Source: Aplysia californica
Lineage: Eukaryota
Direction: 5' to 3'
Length of the DNA: 64,000 nucleotides
Assembly (NCBI RefSeq): GCF_000002075.1
Contig: NW_004797395.1
Coordinates: 912,521 to 976,520 of the forward strand
In this document: positions 13,301 through 24,135 of the stretch, one piece after another
How the letters are laid out: every line of letters begins with the position of its first letter
Numbering within the stretch: the stretch's first letter is position 1
The notes under the pieces: generated by a model
Told to the model about the DNA's origin: nothing
What the model saw: the letters and a program-made list of their open reading frames with translations, nothing else
Database searches by the model: none
Program-made: the position numbers and the translations under genes

Positions 13301-16300
13301 TTATTATGCGTAACCTCTTGTATCTCCTAGATGCCTTTATGTTGTTTCCTTGAATGTAATTTGTCTCATGTATGGATGGAATAAAAGTAAAATTGTAAAA
13401 ATATTTTCCGTCACGATACTTTGAAATGTTTCACAGATGCAGCCCATCATGCGGTGGTCGTCGCTGCGGATAGAGAAAGAGATCATCATCGGCACCATTC
13501 CCTTACAGAGCCCTATAGGAGCTCCACCCCCCTTCAGCGAGGTTGCCTTGGATGGGCTGACCAGCCCCAGTGCTCCGCCAGAAGACTTCATGATGCCCCC
13601 ACCATACCAGGAGCGTATGTGTCCACTTTTTTCATTTTGCTGTGTTGTTACTGCTCTTGTGGGATTTTATTTCTGGGTGGCTGGCGGGTGCTCTGGTGTG
13701 GTTTGCTCCTTTTTTCCTATCAAGCATCTGTCGTTCCTATCTCCTTTCTTTCTTGTTTATGTTTGTTCCTCTCTTTTAACACTCTAATCTTTGACACGTA
13801 TATGACCTAACTGTGTTTGCAAGCAGTGTAAAACTCTCACTTAAACAAAAGAAAAGGGATTTTATAATTGTGTATCGTCATGAATTTTCATGAGTTTAAG
13901 GAAGCTACTTTTTTGTACTGTTATTTTGAATTCTGGGATATGTTTGCTGTAATTGTGAATGTTGGCAATAATCTTTTAAAATGTCAGATATTTGGTGCAG
14001 TATGTATTCGAAATATGCAAGCTTTTTGTATCATCGTCCCGAATCCTGATAGCTTTGTACTGTTCAGGTTGTTAATGAATGAAAATTAAAATAACCGGAT
14101 GAAAGTCTGGAAATTAAAGGGCAGCCCATCATTACAAATTTGGCAGAATTGTTGTTTCTGGGGGGGGGTTTTGGTTTTTAAAAATTCGTAGCACCCTTGA
14201 TTTTGATTTTTGATAATACATTTGCTTCCCCAACCCATCCCAACCTTCGCGGCATATAGGTTAGAGAAACTGATCTCGACTGTCTACGCCACAATGTCAT
14301 GTGCAGCTGTCTAAGTTTAACTTAACACATTACACCCTAAAGGTCCGGACGGGAAGTCCATTGTTAGATCGTAAGCAAGGGGAAGGAACCCACCTCCCGT
14401 GAATACAAGCGTTTAAAAAACACATTAAAAAAATACTAAACAAATTTTTTAAATCCTGAAAAAATAAAAGTTTAAAAGAAAAATGAATGTAGTTTCAGAA
14501 AAGTATAACTTTATGTATGCGCAAACTGTTGGAAATGTTCTAACTTTAGTACAATCAAGCGGGATGTCCGACCTGTCTCTCTCACTCTCAGCCTCACGGT
14601 CGAGCCCTAGATCTAAATTCTAGATTTTCTACGTCTGATCAATCTGAATCACCCCAAACTCTTGCTACAACGTTTTCATCAAATTCTGAGTCATCTGATT
14701 TGTTTTTGCTCAAATCCATCGTTATTTCCTTTTTCGAACTTAATTGTGTCGTTTTTCAACAAGTCAAGACACCTTCGAAGTGTCGGTAACGCGATCGCGC
14801 GTTGGTCGGCTCTAATACTAACATTTTTGGCCAGAAAAATTTCGTTTCGTTATCAAACGAAAAAAGAAACTTTTTGCAATAACTATGCAAATCAAAATCT
14901 CGACCACAGGGTCTCGTCAAGGCGAGCTCTTCATTTCTAAAGACGCTAGGTTGGCACGGGCGGTTCCGGGCGAGTCAGGGTGGAGTGCGTAAGGGAATTC
15001 CCGGGCAAGTTAGGGTGTAATGTGTTAAGCACCATCTGTGCACTAAACAGAAAAAAAACCCATAACAAAACAAACACTCGTCATGTCAAAGCCAGGAGTA
15101 AGGCCAAGATTAATTTGACAAGGTGTTGAAATATTCCAATGCCTTTGCGTAGTAGGTGACGGCTGAGGTCAGTGAGAGAATGGAAAGAAAAACCAATCTC
15201 GTTTGACACTTGAAACAACCAGCTGGGGTGTGTGGCACATTGTAGTGATGTACAATCAGGATCAAAGGTTTATTACACGTCCTGTTGGTTCCTTTGGTTT
15301 TTGCAAGAGTCAAGCTGACAGCTACCTACCTACCCCCCTCCCCCCCTCCCCCTTGACCCTTTTTGGTTTAGGTGTCCAATGTTTACATTGTCTTCAACAA
15401 AATTAACCTTGGTTGATAGCCTTTTTGTTAATTTGGTAACGGGGCTTGCATTTTTTTGTCATGGGAACACAGTGGGGTTTTTTATTTGACTAAAATAGGT
15501 ACCTGAAAATTAATATTCTGTTGACGAAAATGGTTTCATGTTGGTAAAATTGCATCAGATGATCTTTATTTAAAGAATGTATGTTGATATTTTGCAGCCC
15601 CGCCTTCCTATGAAGAAAGCGTGTTTGGTCGTGTTGAGATACGTGATGAGAATGATGACGGGCACACAGAAGGCTTGCAGTCTTGGGCTCCTTCCTACCC
15701 TTACTACCACTGGGACCCCAATACAAGGCATTTTCAGGTGAAGATAGTGATTGACCCATCTTTTGAGTTTATTGTATTTCTTGTGTTTTTATAACCAGTA
15801 TTTGACTAAATGAATATTGTTTGCTTACCTCTCCACACGGTGTAGGAAAAATGTGGAGTTGTTCATTTTTCTTGCAATTTGTGGACTGTTCAACTTCATG
15901 TGAAGCATCATGTCTTATTTTCATTGGCCAGATGTAGGCAGGTAAATATAATTCCTTGTTGGTGAGGAGAAGCAGTGTGAATGTAGCCACCTACAGTACC
16001 CAATATGAGGTGGTAAAGTGTACCAATGCTGCACACATACGTGTTTACGTGATTAACATTGAATTTCTGGGTCGGAAATATGCAACGTTTAAATCTTTTT
16101 GTGTTTAATTGTCCTTTAGTTCCGTAAAGAATAAACTGTAAAGATATGTGGCGTCGGTGGCCTAGTGTTTAGGCTACCGGACTCGTGATCATGAGGTTGC
16201 GGGGTCGGGGATTCGAGCCGCGGGCCTGATGTTGCGTCCTTGGGAAAGGCACTTTTCACGAATTTTCCTCACTTCACCCAGGTGGGAATGGGTACGCGGC

Positions 16301-16912
16301 AATAGACAGCGAAAGATCTTGTCAGTATGTTACTGTTTTAGCGCCTATAAATGACTGCTTGCACTGTATGCTTCCCAGGAAGTTGAGGTTGTTTCAGAAT
16401 GCTCTCAGGTCTGCTAGGGTAATAGTATAGATTGTGAAGCGCTTAGAGCCTGTTGTTGAGCAGGGATTTGCGCTATACAAATGCTTTCTTTTATTATTAT
16501 TATTATATTTCCCTTTCATATGAGGCCCATTGGATGGAAGCTTATCCTGATTTCTTACTATAACAACTTATTTCTCCTTTAGTAAGATTTCGATTTTATA
16601 TCATTCGCAGTATTTCATGTAGCCTAGTGGTTTCAACAGTTGCAATCGTATAAGCCACGGGGAAGCTCAGAGTAGGATATTGCACTTGAATGGAGACAAA
16701 AGCTATGGGACAATGTATGTCTAACTTGTTGGTGTTTCCATTGATAGTAAGTTAAGTATTTCCCTGGTGTTCTATTTCAGATGGTGGCAACTACACACGG
16801 CACGGTGGGAGACTCTGCCACTCCGAACCCTCCCATCACAACACAACCTATGGGACTTCAGGACCAGTCTGGGGATGCCTTCCCTCCTTGCCCGCCATAC
16901 AACCAACTCTGA
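7268..16912 (+). CDS. ARRDC: Alpha-arrestin / arrestin domain-containing protein, 8 coding exons (7268-7382, 7962-8084, 8723-8937, 11526-11708, 12739-12948, 13437-13614, 15598-15737, 16781-16912), 431 aa
   Basis: Manual splicing gives 1296 nt in frame with canonical GT-AG introns (phases 1,1,0,0,0,1,0). Arrestin_N motifs (GQHVSGHVVV; LPSSFEGRRGYVRY; RPWKFD), Arrestin_C motifs (KTGYVPGE; LPPSKL; IIIGTIP) and PPPY/PPSY tail motifs. The exact paralogue cannot be assigned. Confidence 0.93.
7962..8084 (+). CDS. ARRDC: ARRDC coding exon 2 (CIELHFEGRAKSHWEVRQGRSKTDYRAGENYITENITLFGT)
   Basis: ccag| acceptor, G|GTGATG donor, phase 1/1; G.A..HW and Y...E.Y arrestin_N pattern. Confidence 0.92.
8134..8320 (+). 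mobile_element. Family X retroposon copy
   Basis: Similarity to the other copies. Confidence 0.7.
8723..8937 (+). CDS. ARRDC: ARRDC coding exon 3 (..HSYPFRLLLSETLPSSFEGRRGYVRYFCKATINRPWKFDEHIKRAFTVIHHLDLN..)
   Basis: tttcag| acceptor, |GTGAGT donor; hallmark LPSSFEG..G.VRY motif. Confidence 0.96.
9131..9356 (-). mobile_element. tRNA-derived SINE (Deu/Nin-like body)
   Basis: Minus strand GGGTGCGGTGGCAGAGTGGTTAG (A box), GGTTTGAGCC (B-box-like), CCCACCCAGCAGTAATGGGTACCTGAC; TSD TTTATGGTA (9122-9130, 9357-9365). Confidence 0.8.
9727..11048. mobile_element. Non-autonomous DNA transposon (Mutator-like) in ARRDC intron 3
   Basis: TIR CTTATTGGCCCACATGGGCATATAA / TTATTTGCCCGTGTGGGCCAATAAG; 9-bp TSD TTTGAGATA (9718-9726, 11049-11057); A-rich interior contrasts with the T-rich intron. 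Confidence 0.75.
11366..11512 (+). mobile_element. Family X retroposon copy
   Basis: Similarity to the other copies; abuts ARRDC exon 4 acceptor. Confidence 0.7.
11526..11708 (+). CDS. ARRDC: ARRDC coding exon 4 (MPLWGEKEATIEGCCCTSGTLHASLTLNKTGYVPGEPIDYTVEINNQS..LKQ)
   Basis: ccag| acceptor, CAG|GTTTGT donor; start of Arrestin_C (K.GYVPGE, EINNQS). Confidence 0.95.
12739..12948 (+). CDS. ARRDC: ARRDC coding exon 5 (TVKYTGYS..CVPALPPSKLDGCGIIDITYLIV)
   Basis: ttttcag| acceptor, |GTAAGT donor; VPALPPS.L.GC.IIDI.Y motif. Confidence 0.94.
13437..13614 (+). CDS. ARRDC: ARRDC coding exon 6 (..EIIIGTIPLQSPIGAPPPF..PSAPPEDFMMPPPYQE)
   Basis: cacag| acceptor, C|GTATGT donor; IIIGTIP end of Arrestin_C, PSAP and PPPY motifs. 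Confidence 0.93.
13669..13845 (+). mobile_element. Family X retroposon copy
   Basis: Similarity to the other copies. Confidence 0.72.
14326..15024. mobile_element. TTAA-inserting MITE (piggyBac-like) in ARRDC intron 6
   Basis: Perfect 15-bp TIR CACATTACACCCTAA / TTAGGGTGTAATGTG flanked by TTAA on both sides; CpG-rich interior. Confidence 0.8.
15598..15737 (+). CDS. ARRDC: ARRDC coding exon 7 (PPPSYEESVFGRVEIRDENDDGHTEGLQSWAPSYPYYHWDPNTRHFQ)
   Basis: tttgcag| acceptor, phase 1; PPSY motif and AP.YPYY tail typical of invertebrate alpha-arrestins. Missed by the ORF track. Confidence 0.9.
16148..16508 (+). mobile_element. tRNA-derived SINE with CORE-like body and L2-type tail
   Basis: GTGGCCTAGTG A box, GATTCGAGCC B box, GTCCTTGGGAAAGGCACTT core, TGTGAAGCGCTTAGAG..GCGCTATACAAAT tail, (TTA)n. 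Confidence 0.8.
16781..16912 (+). CDS. ARRDC: ARRDC putative terminal coding exon 8 (MVATTHGTVGDSATPNPPITTQPMGLQDQSGDAFPPCPPYNQL*)
   Basis: Strong tctatttcag| acceptor; phase 0 matches exon 7 donor CAG|GTGAAG; GC-richer coding-like block; TGA at 16910-16912. Confidence 0.7.
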   Translation: MVATTHGTVGDSATPNPPITTQPMGLQDQSGDAFPPCPPYNQL

Positions 16913-17418
16913 TATTTGCTCGCTGTGCTTAAAACAATGCAAGTCAAGACACTGCTACGAATTGTGAATTCGAGACGTGTCCAGCACTTTTAAAATTATC
17001 TTTCAGGCTTTTCCAGGGTTGATCTGTTTTCTGTCCTTTTTTCTTCTCTTTATACTCTGGGCACAGGGCCAAGTGCTCTGCCTTCAAAACAGCCGGTGTC
17101 TAGTAGGGACTTGAAGGAAAAGAAAAGAGTGCTTTATTTGTCCTCCCAGAGATTAGGTTTACATTGGTGAAGACATAACTTTAACAGCGTACAATTTAAC
17201 TTGGTAAGAACTACATCCAATGGAAATACAAAACGCTGTTGTTGGTTGCAACAGGCAAGGCTGGGGCTTGTTGTTTTTTTTTAAACTAAGGTTATTATTT
17301 TTAGCTTAAAGACCAATTGTAGTGACCAACTGTTTAAAGGCTGTCCCAGCAACATAGTTGACTTCCCTTACATGAAAGGTTGCTGGAAAGGCAAGGTGGA
17401 TAAAAAAGTAAGAAGTCC

Positions 17419-17532
17419 ATCATCATCATCGTCAATGCCTTTCACCCCTGGCAGGGTATAGGCCACATACAAGCTCCTTCCATTTATCTCTAACCTGGGC
17501 CGTCCTTCCTAGCTCGTGGGAAGTCCATACAT
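17419..17532 (-). mobile_element. 3' end fragment of an RTE-like LINE
   Basis: Minus-strand translation ..AQVRDKWKELVCGL.. followed by a (GAT)n tail. Confidence 0.55.
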
Positions 17533-20500
17533 GAGTGAAAAGCTGTATTCTGTTCATTTTTTTCCTCAGATATTGATAAAAGGACCAGAAATATTTGGTC
17601 TTTAAAGACACCAAGCCAAGTCTTTAAATTTCAGCCGTTTTTGATTTGTTCTTTTACCATGTGTTATCATTATCATACATATTAAATCATGAGATGAGCA
17701 CAGGTGCTTTATGATGATAACCCATCACTAACCAGGGGCCATGTGATTTTTCAGATTTTCGACTAGGTAGTCTTTGGAATGAAAGTTTGCCTGTGGCTGT
17801 GGTATGATATTTTTCTACCTTGCTGCCTTTATTTTTGGAGATGTTTGATATGAACCTGAGAAATGGGAGCTAAGCATGACAATAAGATTGCTGTTAGGTG
17901 TTCTGTTTCAAAGACATTTCTTGATTCCAACTGATTTTTTCATGGTTTTGTTCTTAAGAATTGTTAGGTATAATTGCACTGTATTCACACAATTTTTTAA
18001 TGAGCTTCACATGACAAAACAAATCGAAGATTTTGCAGACCGAGCTTCAAATCTGCTCAATAAATTTTTCACCATTTACTCATTTTTTGTCAGAATTTTT
18101 TATATTTTTGTTTCATAAATTCCATTTTAGTCACCCTTATTTAAAACAAATATATATTATTAACACTTTTTAATTTGAATGTACCATGTTATTAGAGGAA
18201 ACTAATCATTATAAATAATAAAATGTAATCATAAACAATGACCAGTGTCTATTTTTTCAGAGACATTGTGTCATTTGTAAATGTCTGGACTCCCGATGCC
18301 AAATTGTGGTGTTGCATGATTATAAAGCATAAGCAGCATGATAATGTATTTATTCACCTTTCACTTAAACTCTGTCCAAATTTATTGACTGATTTATTGG
18401 AATGCACCTCACATAGTATGCTCTCAAATTGTACTGTTTGTGTCAGCCACTTATAATACATGCATTGTATCATGATAATGCTCTTTTAATAAGAATTATA
18501 TTCGTAATTTTTTTTAACAACTGCATTGTGGGTGGACAGATAAATAAAGGTGAAGGGGGAGACTAAGAATAATGCCATATAAAGAATAGTTGCCATGACT
18601 ATTTGAATGCATTGCACAAACACTAGTTCAAAGGTGAGGAACCCGAGGAAATCAGACTTGGCTGGCAATATGAATGTTTAAAAGAACTGGGCGATTAGAA
18701 AGCTTAGACCTGGAACAAATAATTTTCCCTCTTGATTACTTGTTGCTTGCCACATTAAAAAGTAAAACTGCCGTGTAGCAAGCTTCTCTGTTGAAGGGCA
18801 TCATTTGGTCCTCTGTACTGTTAAATTATACGTAAATTTGTACAAAAGTTGTCTTCTGTGTAAAGTGATATTAATTTGGCTACTTGTTTGGATGTGTTAA
18901 GGTGAGCGGGTATTTCTATAACTGTGCAATTCCCTACTTCTAGTTATATGTGCTCGGGCATACCAGCCTAACCTGAAATATTTTTTGGGTTTTATGGTTT
19001 TGAATATATTGGAAAGCTTACAGGAAGTCCAAGATTTTACTCCGTCATAACAGGCATATGTACAATAATTAACATGAACTGAAGTTGTCTAATTGAGTTG
19101 GATGGAATTATTGTTTGAATTAATGAACATATTCACCTTTTTATGTTTTTGAGTTAGGTCTAGTGATCACTTTAAAGGGAATCTTTCTTGCCACATGTTT
19201 TCACATTTGCAGTGCAGAGAGACCTTAAGTCTCTGTCTGCAGAATTTTTTGCAATTATTGTTTTGGGGGGATGTAGGGGGAAAAGTATTTCCATAGTTTT
19301 TTAGCCAAAATATTTTCTTCAAGTGGTTTTCTGAACAAATCTAAGCATGCCTCCAAGAGCTGATCACTGACGTCTGTGGTATAGTGACTTCGATACCCAC
19401 ATCTGTCTACTGAGATGCAGCCCATGCAGTCATGGATAGCCTTGACAGGCTTAGTCAAAGTTGTCCATTCCTTTGTGATGATCTATATTTTGTCAATGGG
19501 AGCATAAAATGATTGCATTTATTAAGAAGGTTGATCAAAAATGTAAATTCTTCTATTACCAAGCAGTTGTTCCTATTTGCTTTTGTTTGCTGTTTTGAAC
19601 CTGACACTTACTCAACAACTGCAGAGATTTTTTTAACGAGATTTTTCTGATTTGGTTGTTTCTATAATTATCCTTTCATATTGAACTCTTAAATAATGTG
19701 TATGGTTTGATCTCTTTGTCATATATATGTCTTGTATTATGTAGGGGACCGAAAAGACTAGATCTTTTCCTTGTTGGTAAAGAATTCTCACCCCTATTTG
19801 ATAGCTTCTGTCCTTAGTTTTGACTTCTTTCCATATGCAGCTGTTTTGTCATAGATTATATCCAGAGACCCTGATGTCCAGTTTCATGGCCAAAAGGCTT
19901 TTGTAACTTACACACAAAATCCTAACCATGTGAAAGGTTAACTAATTGATTGTAATTTCTACCCAGTCATACTTAATACTAATAGTCTTTAAAAGGTCCT
20001 ATAGATGTTGTTCTTCTGATGTTTTGATTCTGCCTTACGAGTGATATTTGTCGAAAGGTTTCTGTCACAGTCACATTTATTTATTTGAATTTTAAGTCTT
20101 TCATTTTTTCTTACAACCAGATCAGCTATGTACATGTGCTTGATCTCCTTTATGGTATTAGAGCATTGATCTTTTCGTGTGGAAGAGGGGTCTGTGTATG
20201 ACAATCTTTCATGGAAATCCATCAACTCAATACATTTTAAAGATTGTTTTGTTTTGAAATTATTTGTATTCTCAAAGTACACATGTTTGTTCAAAAGTGA
20301 AAACATTGCCTTTGTGTTGTTATTCTTATTTCTAGTTTTGGGGATTTTTTGTTTTGTTTTGTCTTTTGAAGAGATAACAATTGCTTGTTCCTTGCCCTTT
20401 TATTATTATCCTTCTTGTACTATATGAGTTAGATTACCATTATTTGTATTTAGCTGCGTTAAGTGCAGGAACGTAGACTCAACATGTGACAGTTTCGCCA

Positions 20501-20715
20501 CATCATAGTGTTAAAGATGGACCCCCACCTGTAACTGATTGGCTTGCAGATGACATTAGGCTGTTAGGTGCAGAGTAGCAAAGGTATGTGAATGAATGTA
20601 TGAAAGTACAAGGATTGATGACTAGAGTTCAAATCTGCAGATTTTACTGGGTCTATGTCAAAGGTACAAGCTGCTTGATCAACTCAGGAAGCTTTATCTG
20701 ATTCAGTCTTACTAT

Positions 20716-20860
20716 GTGGATGGTTTGTAGGAGCTCTTGTCTATCCTCTTTTTCTCTCCATCTTTTCTTTGAATGTTACACTCTGGTAACACCTTTAATT
20801 TGCGGCACTTACATGAGTTTTTGTTATTTCAAGTGCTGTAGAACTCTTATTAAAACGGAA
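20716..20860 (+). mobile_element. Family X retroposon copy (degenerate)
   Basis: Similarity to the other copies. Confidence 0.55.
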
Positions 20861-23713
20861 ACTAATTCTTTCTGCAATGCATGATGTAGTGTAGGAAACA
20901 GAAGGGAGCTCTTGTCGAGTCAAAACTTTTGTTACATTTCTTCTGTTATCTCCATTTATTCTTCTCTCTTTGGCAACATCTTCATGATCATGAGGCGAAG
21001 TGCTGCTTTACATATTAATATTAAAATGTCTTTTTATAAAATTATTTAGAGGTGCAAAATTTATTGAGATTAAACGGGTTGTTGAAGGGTGCCACTGGCA
21101 GATCCTACTTCTTTACTTTCCCTCTGTTGTTACTTTTCCAGGCACTAAATGACCTTTATTGTTTTGATGTGTTTCTCTTTACTTAAACGCAAACAGAGGT
21201 TTAAAAAGATGGGAAAAGTCACCACAAAACTTATAAACATAGTGTCCATTTGACGTGTCCCCTCAAAAACACACATATGCGCGAACATACAAAACATACA
21301 CACTCACACACACTCACATACACACACACACGGGCGCACACACACACACACACACACTCACACACTCTTTTGCATGGGTATGTGCATATTGAGTATGTGC
21401 TCTCAAAAATACACACAAATTCCATGGTTTTTCTTGCTCTATATAGGTGCCAGTGTGTGTAAGGGTTGCCATTGATCCACTCACAATGAAAAAGTTATGT
21501 TTTGAGTCTTGTTGGGAAATGCTGACCATGTGCTATTTGTATATTGGTTTATAATATGTGTCATGACGCAGTGGAATCGGGTGCTCATCTATTTTTGGTC
21601 TTGTGAAGTTATTGGTATCATCTTAAAGGTTGTTCATTTGTCTTGCTTTCGATGAAAAAACTATCCTGTTATCTTGAACACAACTCAAAATATTTGCAAC
21701 TGAATGAGGTAGGGGTCGCCTGATCTCAGAGGTAAAATTAGTGGAAAATGGGGCCGAAGTTTTGTTATTTCCTTAGCTTGAGAGTCCGTGGAAACAGAGA
21801 ATGTACATTTTTCGTGCTTTTAGTCAAATGTTTTTCAGTACTAATATCCACACAGGAATGTGTTCTTTAATAGACATGAAACGTGTTGAGCCAGAAAACA
21901 AAAATTCGATAAAAATTACCAAACCTGTGGAAAAATATTAGTTTCTTCTGTTTCATTAATTTGACGAGTGCCTGATTTCACAATGCTGCCTCTCATATGA
22001 CTATGAGTCATGGCCAGGATAAATGTCATTTAATTCTACAGTTTCTTTTCGTTCTGATGTTTCAACATTGAATTAGGAAGTAGATATTCAATACTGGTAT
22101 TGTACTGGAAGTGTTAACCATAATAAATTGAGCACAATTATATTTAATAGTACTTGCAAGTGTTTCAGCTTTTTTTTTTCCCAGTTAAAGCCGCTCAGCC
22201 CACCAACATTCCACTAAATGAGTACATAGTAGTATTTATGCAGAGGCCAACCGCAGATGCCTGAAAATGTATGAATAAGAGAAGATTTATTGATATCTTT
22301 GAAATAACTTTTCTACAGAGTGTATTCTAGAAAATACAAATGTAGCAGTCTCTTTTTTCTGCAAGGTTATTGTTTAATATAATCAGGCAAAGTACTTTTA
22401 AATCTCTTAGTTTAAAAGCTCATTGTCTCAGGTTTCCTTTTCCAGATCATTGTCTCTTCTTTATTACTATGCAGTGCTATTTAATTCCATGTTTATTTAC
22501 AGAATCTATTATTTGTCTTTATGTGCTTTCTTTCTAACCATGAAAAGTTTTGAAATCATTTTGTCTTTGAAAATTATATATGACATTGAAAAAAGAACAC
22601 CAGTGACTTACAATGCTTGCATCACAAAACGTCCATTGCCTTTTATTTTGTCAATTCTCCTTCTGTCCGTGGGAAGCCACAATTCTTATTTGTCACCACT
22701 TAGAAACATCAGGCCAAAATTTATTCAAGTTACCTTACAATTTTACAGGGTGATTATGTCTTAATAAAGCCTTTCTTTCTCTCTGCCGTATGATGCATTT
22801 TTTTAAAAGTTAAATGAATGTGACTGTCACATGTAGGTACTTAGGGTAATTGCAGATGGGGGATTTATGCTGGGTCCACCTACTTCTGTGGTCTCACAAA
22901 TATTACCAGATTGAAAAGCAGAGACTTCTGTTCTAAAGTAAACATGTAACTACTGTAAAAATATTTCACTTCATAATCTACTTATATTTTGTTTCAACAG
23001 AGGTATAGTTTATGAGACATTGTTTCCATACTAAATTCCCTTCCCCCTCCTGCAAAACCTTATGAATATATGTATCCCATTGGGTACTGTGAAAATTGTT
23101 GATGGCATTCTTATTAGAACATGATAGCAAAAGAAAATGGAGGATTTTTCAGTTTTCGCATATTATGATTTTATTAGGCTTGCCTATATTATATAACTCC
23201 TTGGGCTGGTTTTGTTGTAAATATAACCCATGCTTTTTTTAAAGGTGTTTGAGATAACTTGGGGCTTCTAGTAGTGGTGTTACTCCCCATTTAGGTATCC
23301 ATCTCTTTATGTAAATCTGAATATCTCACAGTGTTTGTGTCCCTCAAATCACAAATGTGAGGAACATGTAATGAAACTGATGTTAAACATAGCTATTTAA
23401 TGTTTTGTTTAGCAGTTTGGCTTGAACCCTGTGTACAGTGAAACCTAATCAAACCTTGGAGTCTACAGCTGCTAACCATCACTGGCAATCTTGAATATAT
23501 AATTTTACTATAAGAAATAATAGCAACAACAAAAATGTGAAAATGCTGCTGGGCGTAGATTGTTGCTATTGCAAGAAAGATGAGTTTCTCTTAAATTTCG
23601 AGATAAACCTTTTCTTACGAGAGCAGTGAAATGCATTGTTTTGTTAATTTTTTATTCCTTTTTCTGATTTTGTACTAATTTGTACTTTTTTAGTGGAGAG
23701 TGTGTGAAGTAAA

Positions 23714-24135
23714 CCAAGTAATTTATATGGAGGGTAAATTCAGATTTTATTTTTGATACTTTGGAGGTAATTCAAGTAACTTATTTTATGGTAACGCGGA
23801 ATTCAGATTTTATTTCTGATGGTGTGTCGGTAATTCAAGTAACTTATTTCTGATGATGTGGAGTTAAGTAACTCATGCTATGACAACTCCGACTTCAGAT
23901 TTTATTTCTAATGCTGATAGGTAGGTCAAGTAACATATTTTAATTATAGTGTCTTCAGATTTTATTGCTGAGGGTGGTTATTGGTAAATCAAGGAACTTA
24001 TTTTTGTTAACATGGACTTAAGGTGTTATTTCTTATGGTAACGGGTTTATCAAGTGACTTTTCTTGTGTTGATACTGACGTCACCTGTTATTCTTGATGA
24101 TGATGGATAAATGGAGTGACTTATCGTATTGATAA
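23714..24135. repeat. Degenerate array of alternating TTCAGATTTTATTT / TCAAGTAACTTATTT cores with variable spacers (~30-bp spacing)
   Basis: Cores at 23739, 23771, 23802, 23834, 23864, 23894, 23926, 23954, 23989, 24018, 24050 and weaker ones flanking. Confidence 0.8.

Noticed and set aside
23714-24135. CRISPR array, or LRR-coding exon on the minus strand (NKLLELP)
   Set aside because: Eukaryotic context, two short alternating cores, no cas genes; all three minus-strand frames have periodic stops. Kept only as an unusual repeat.
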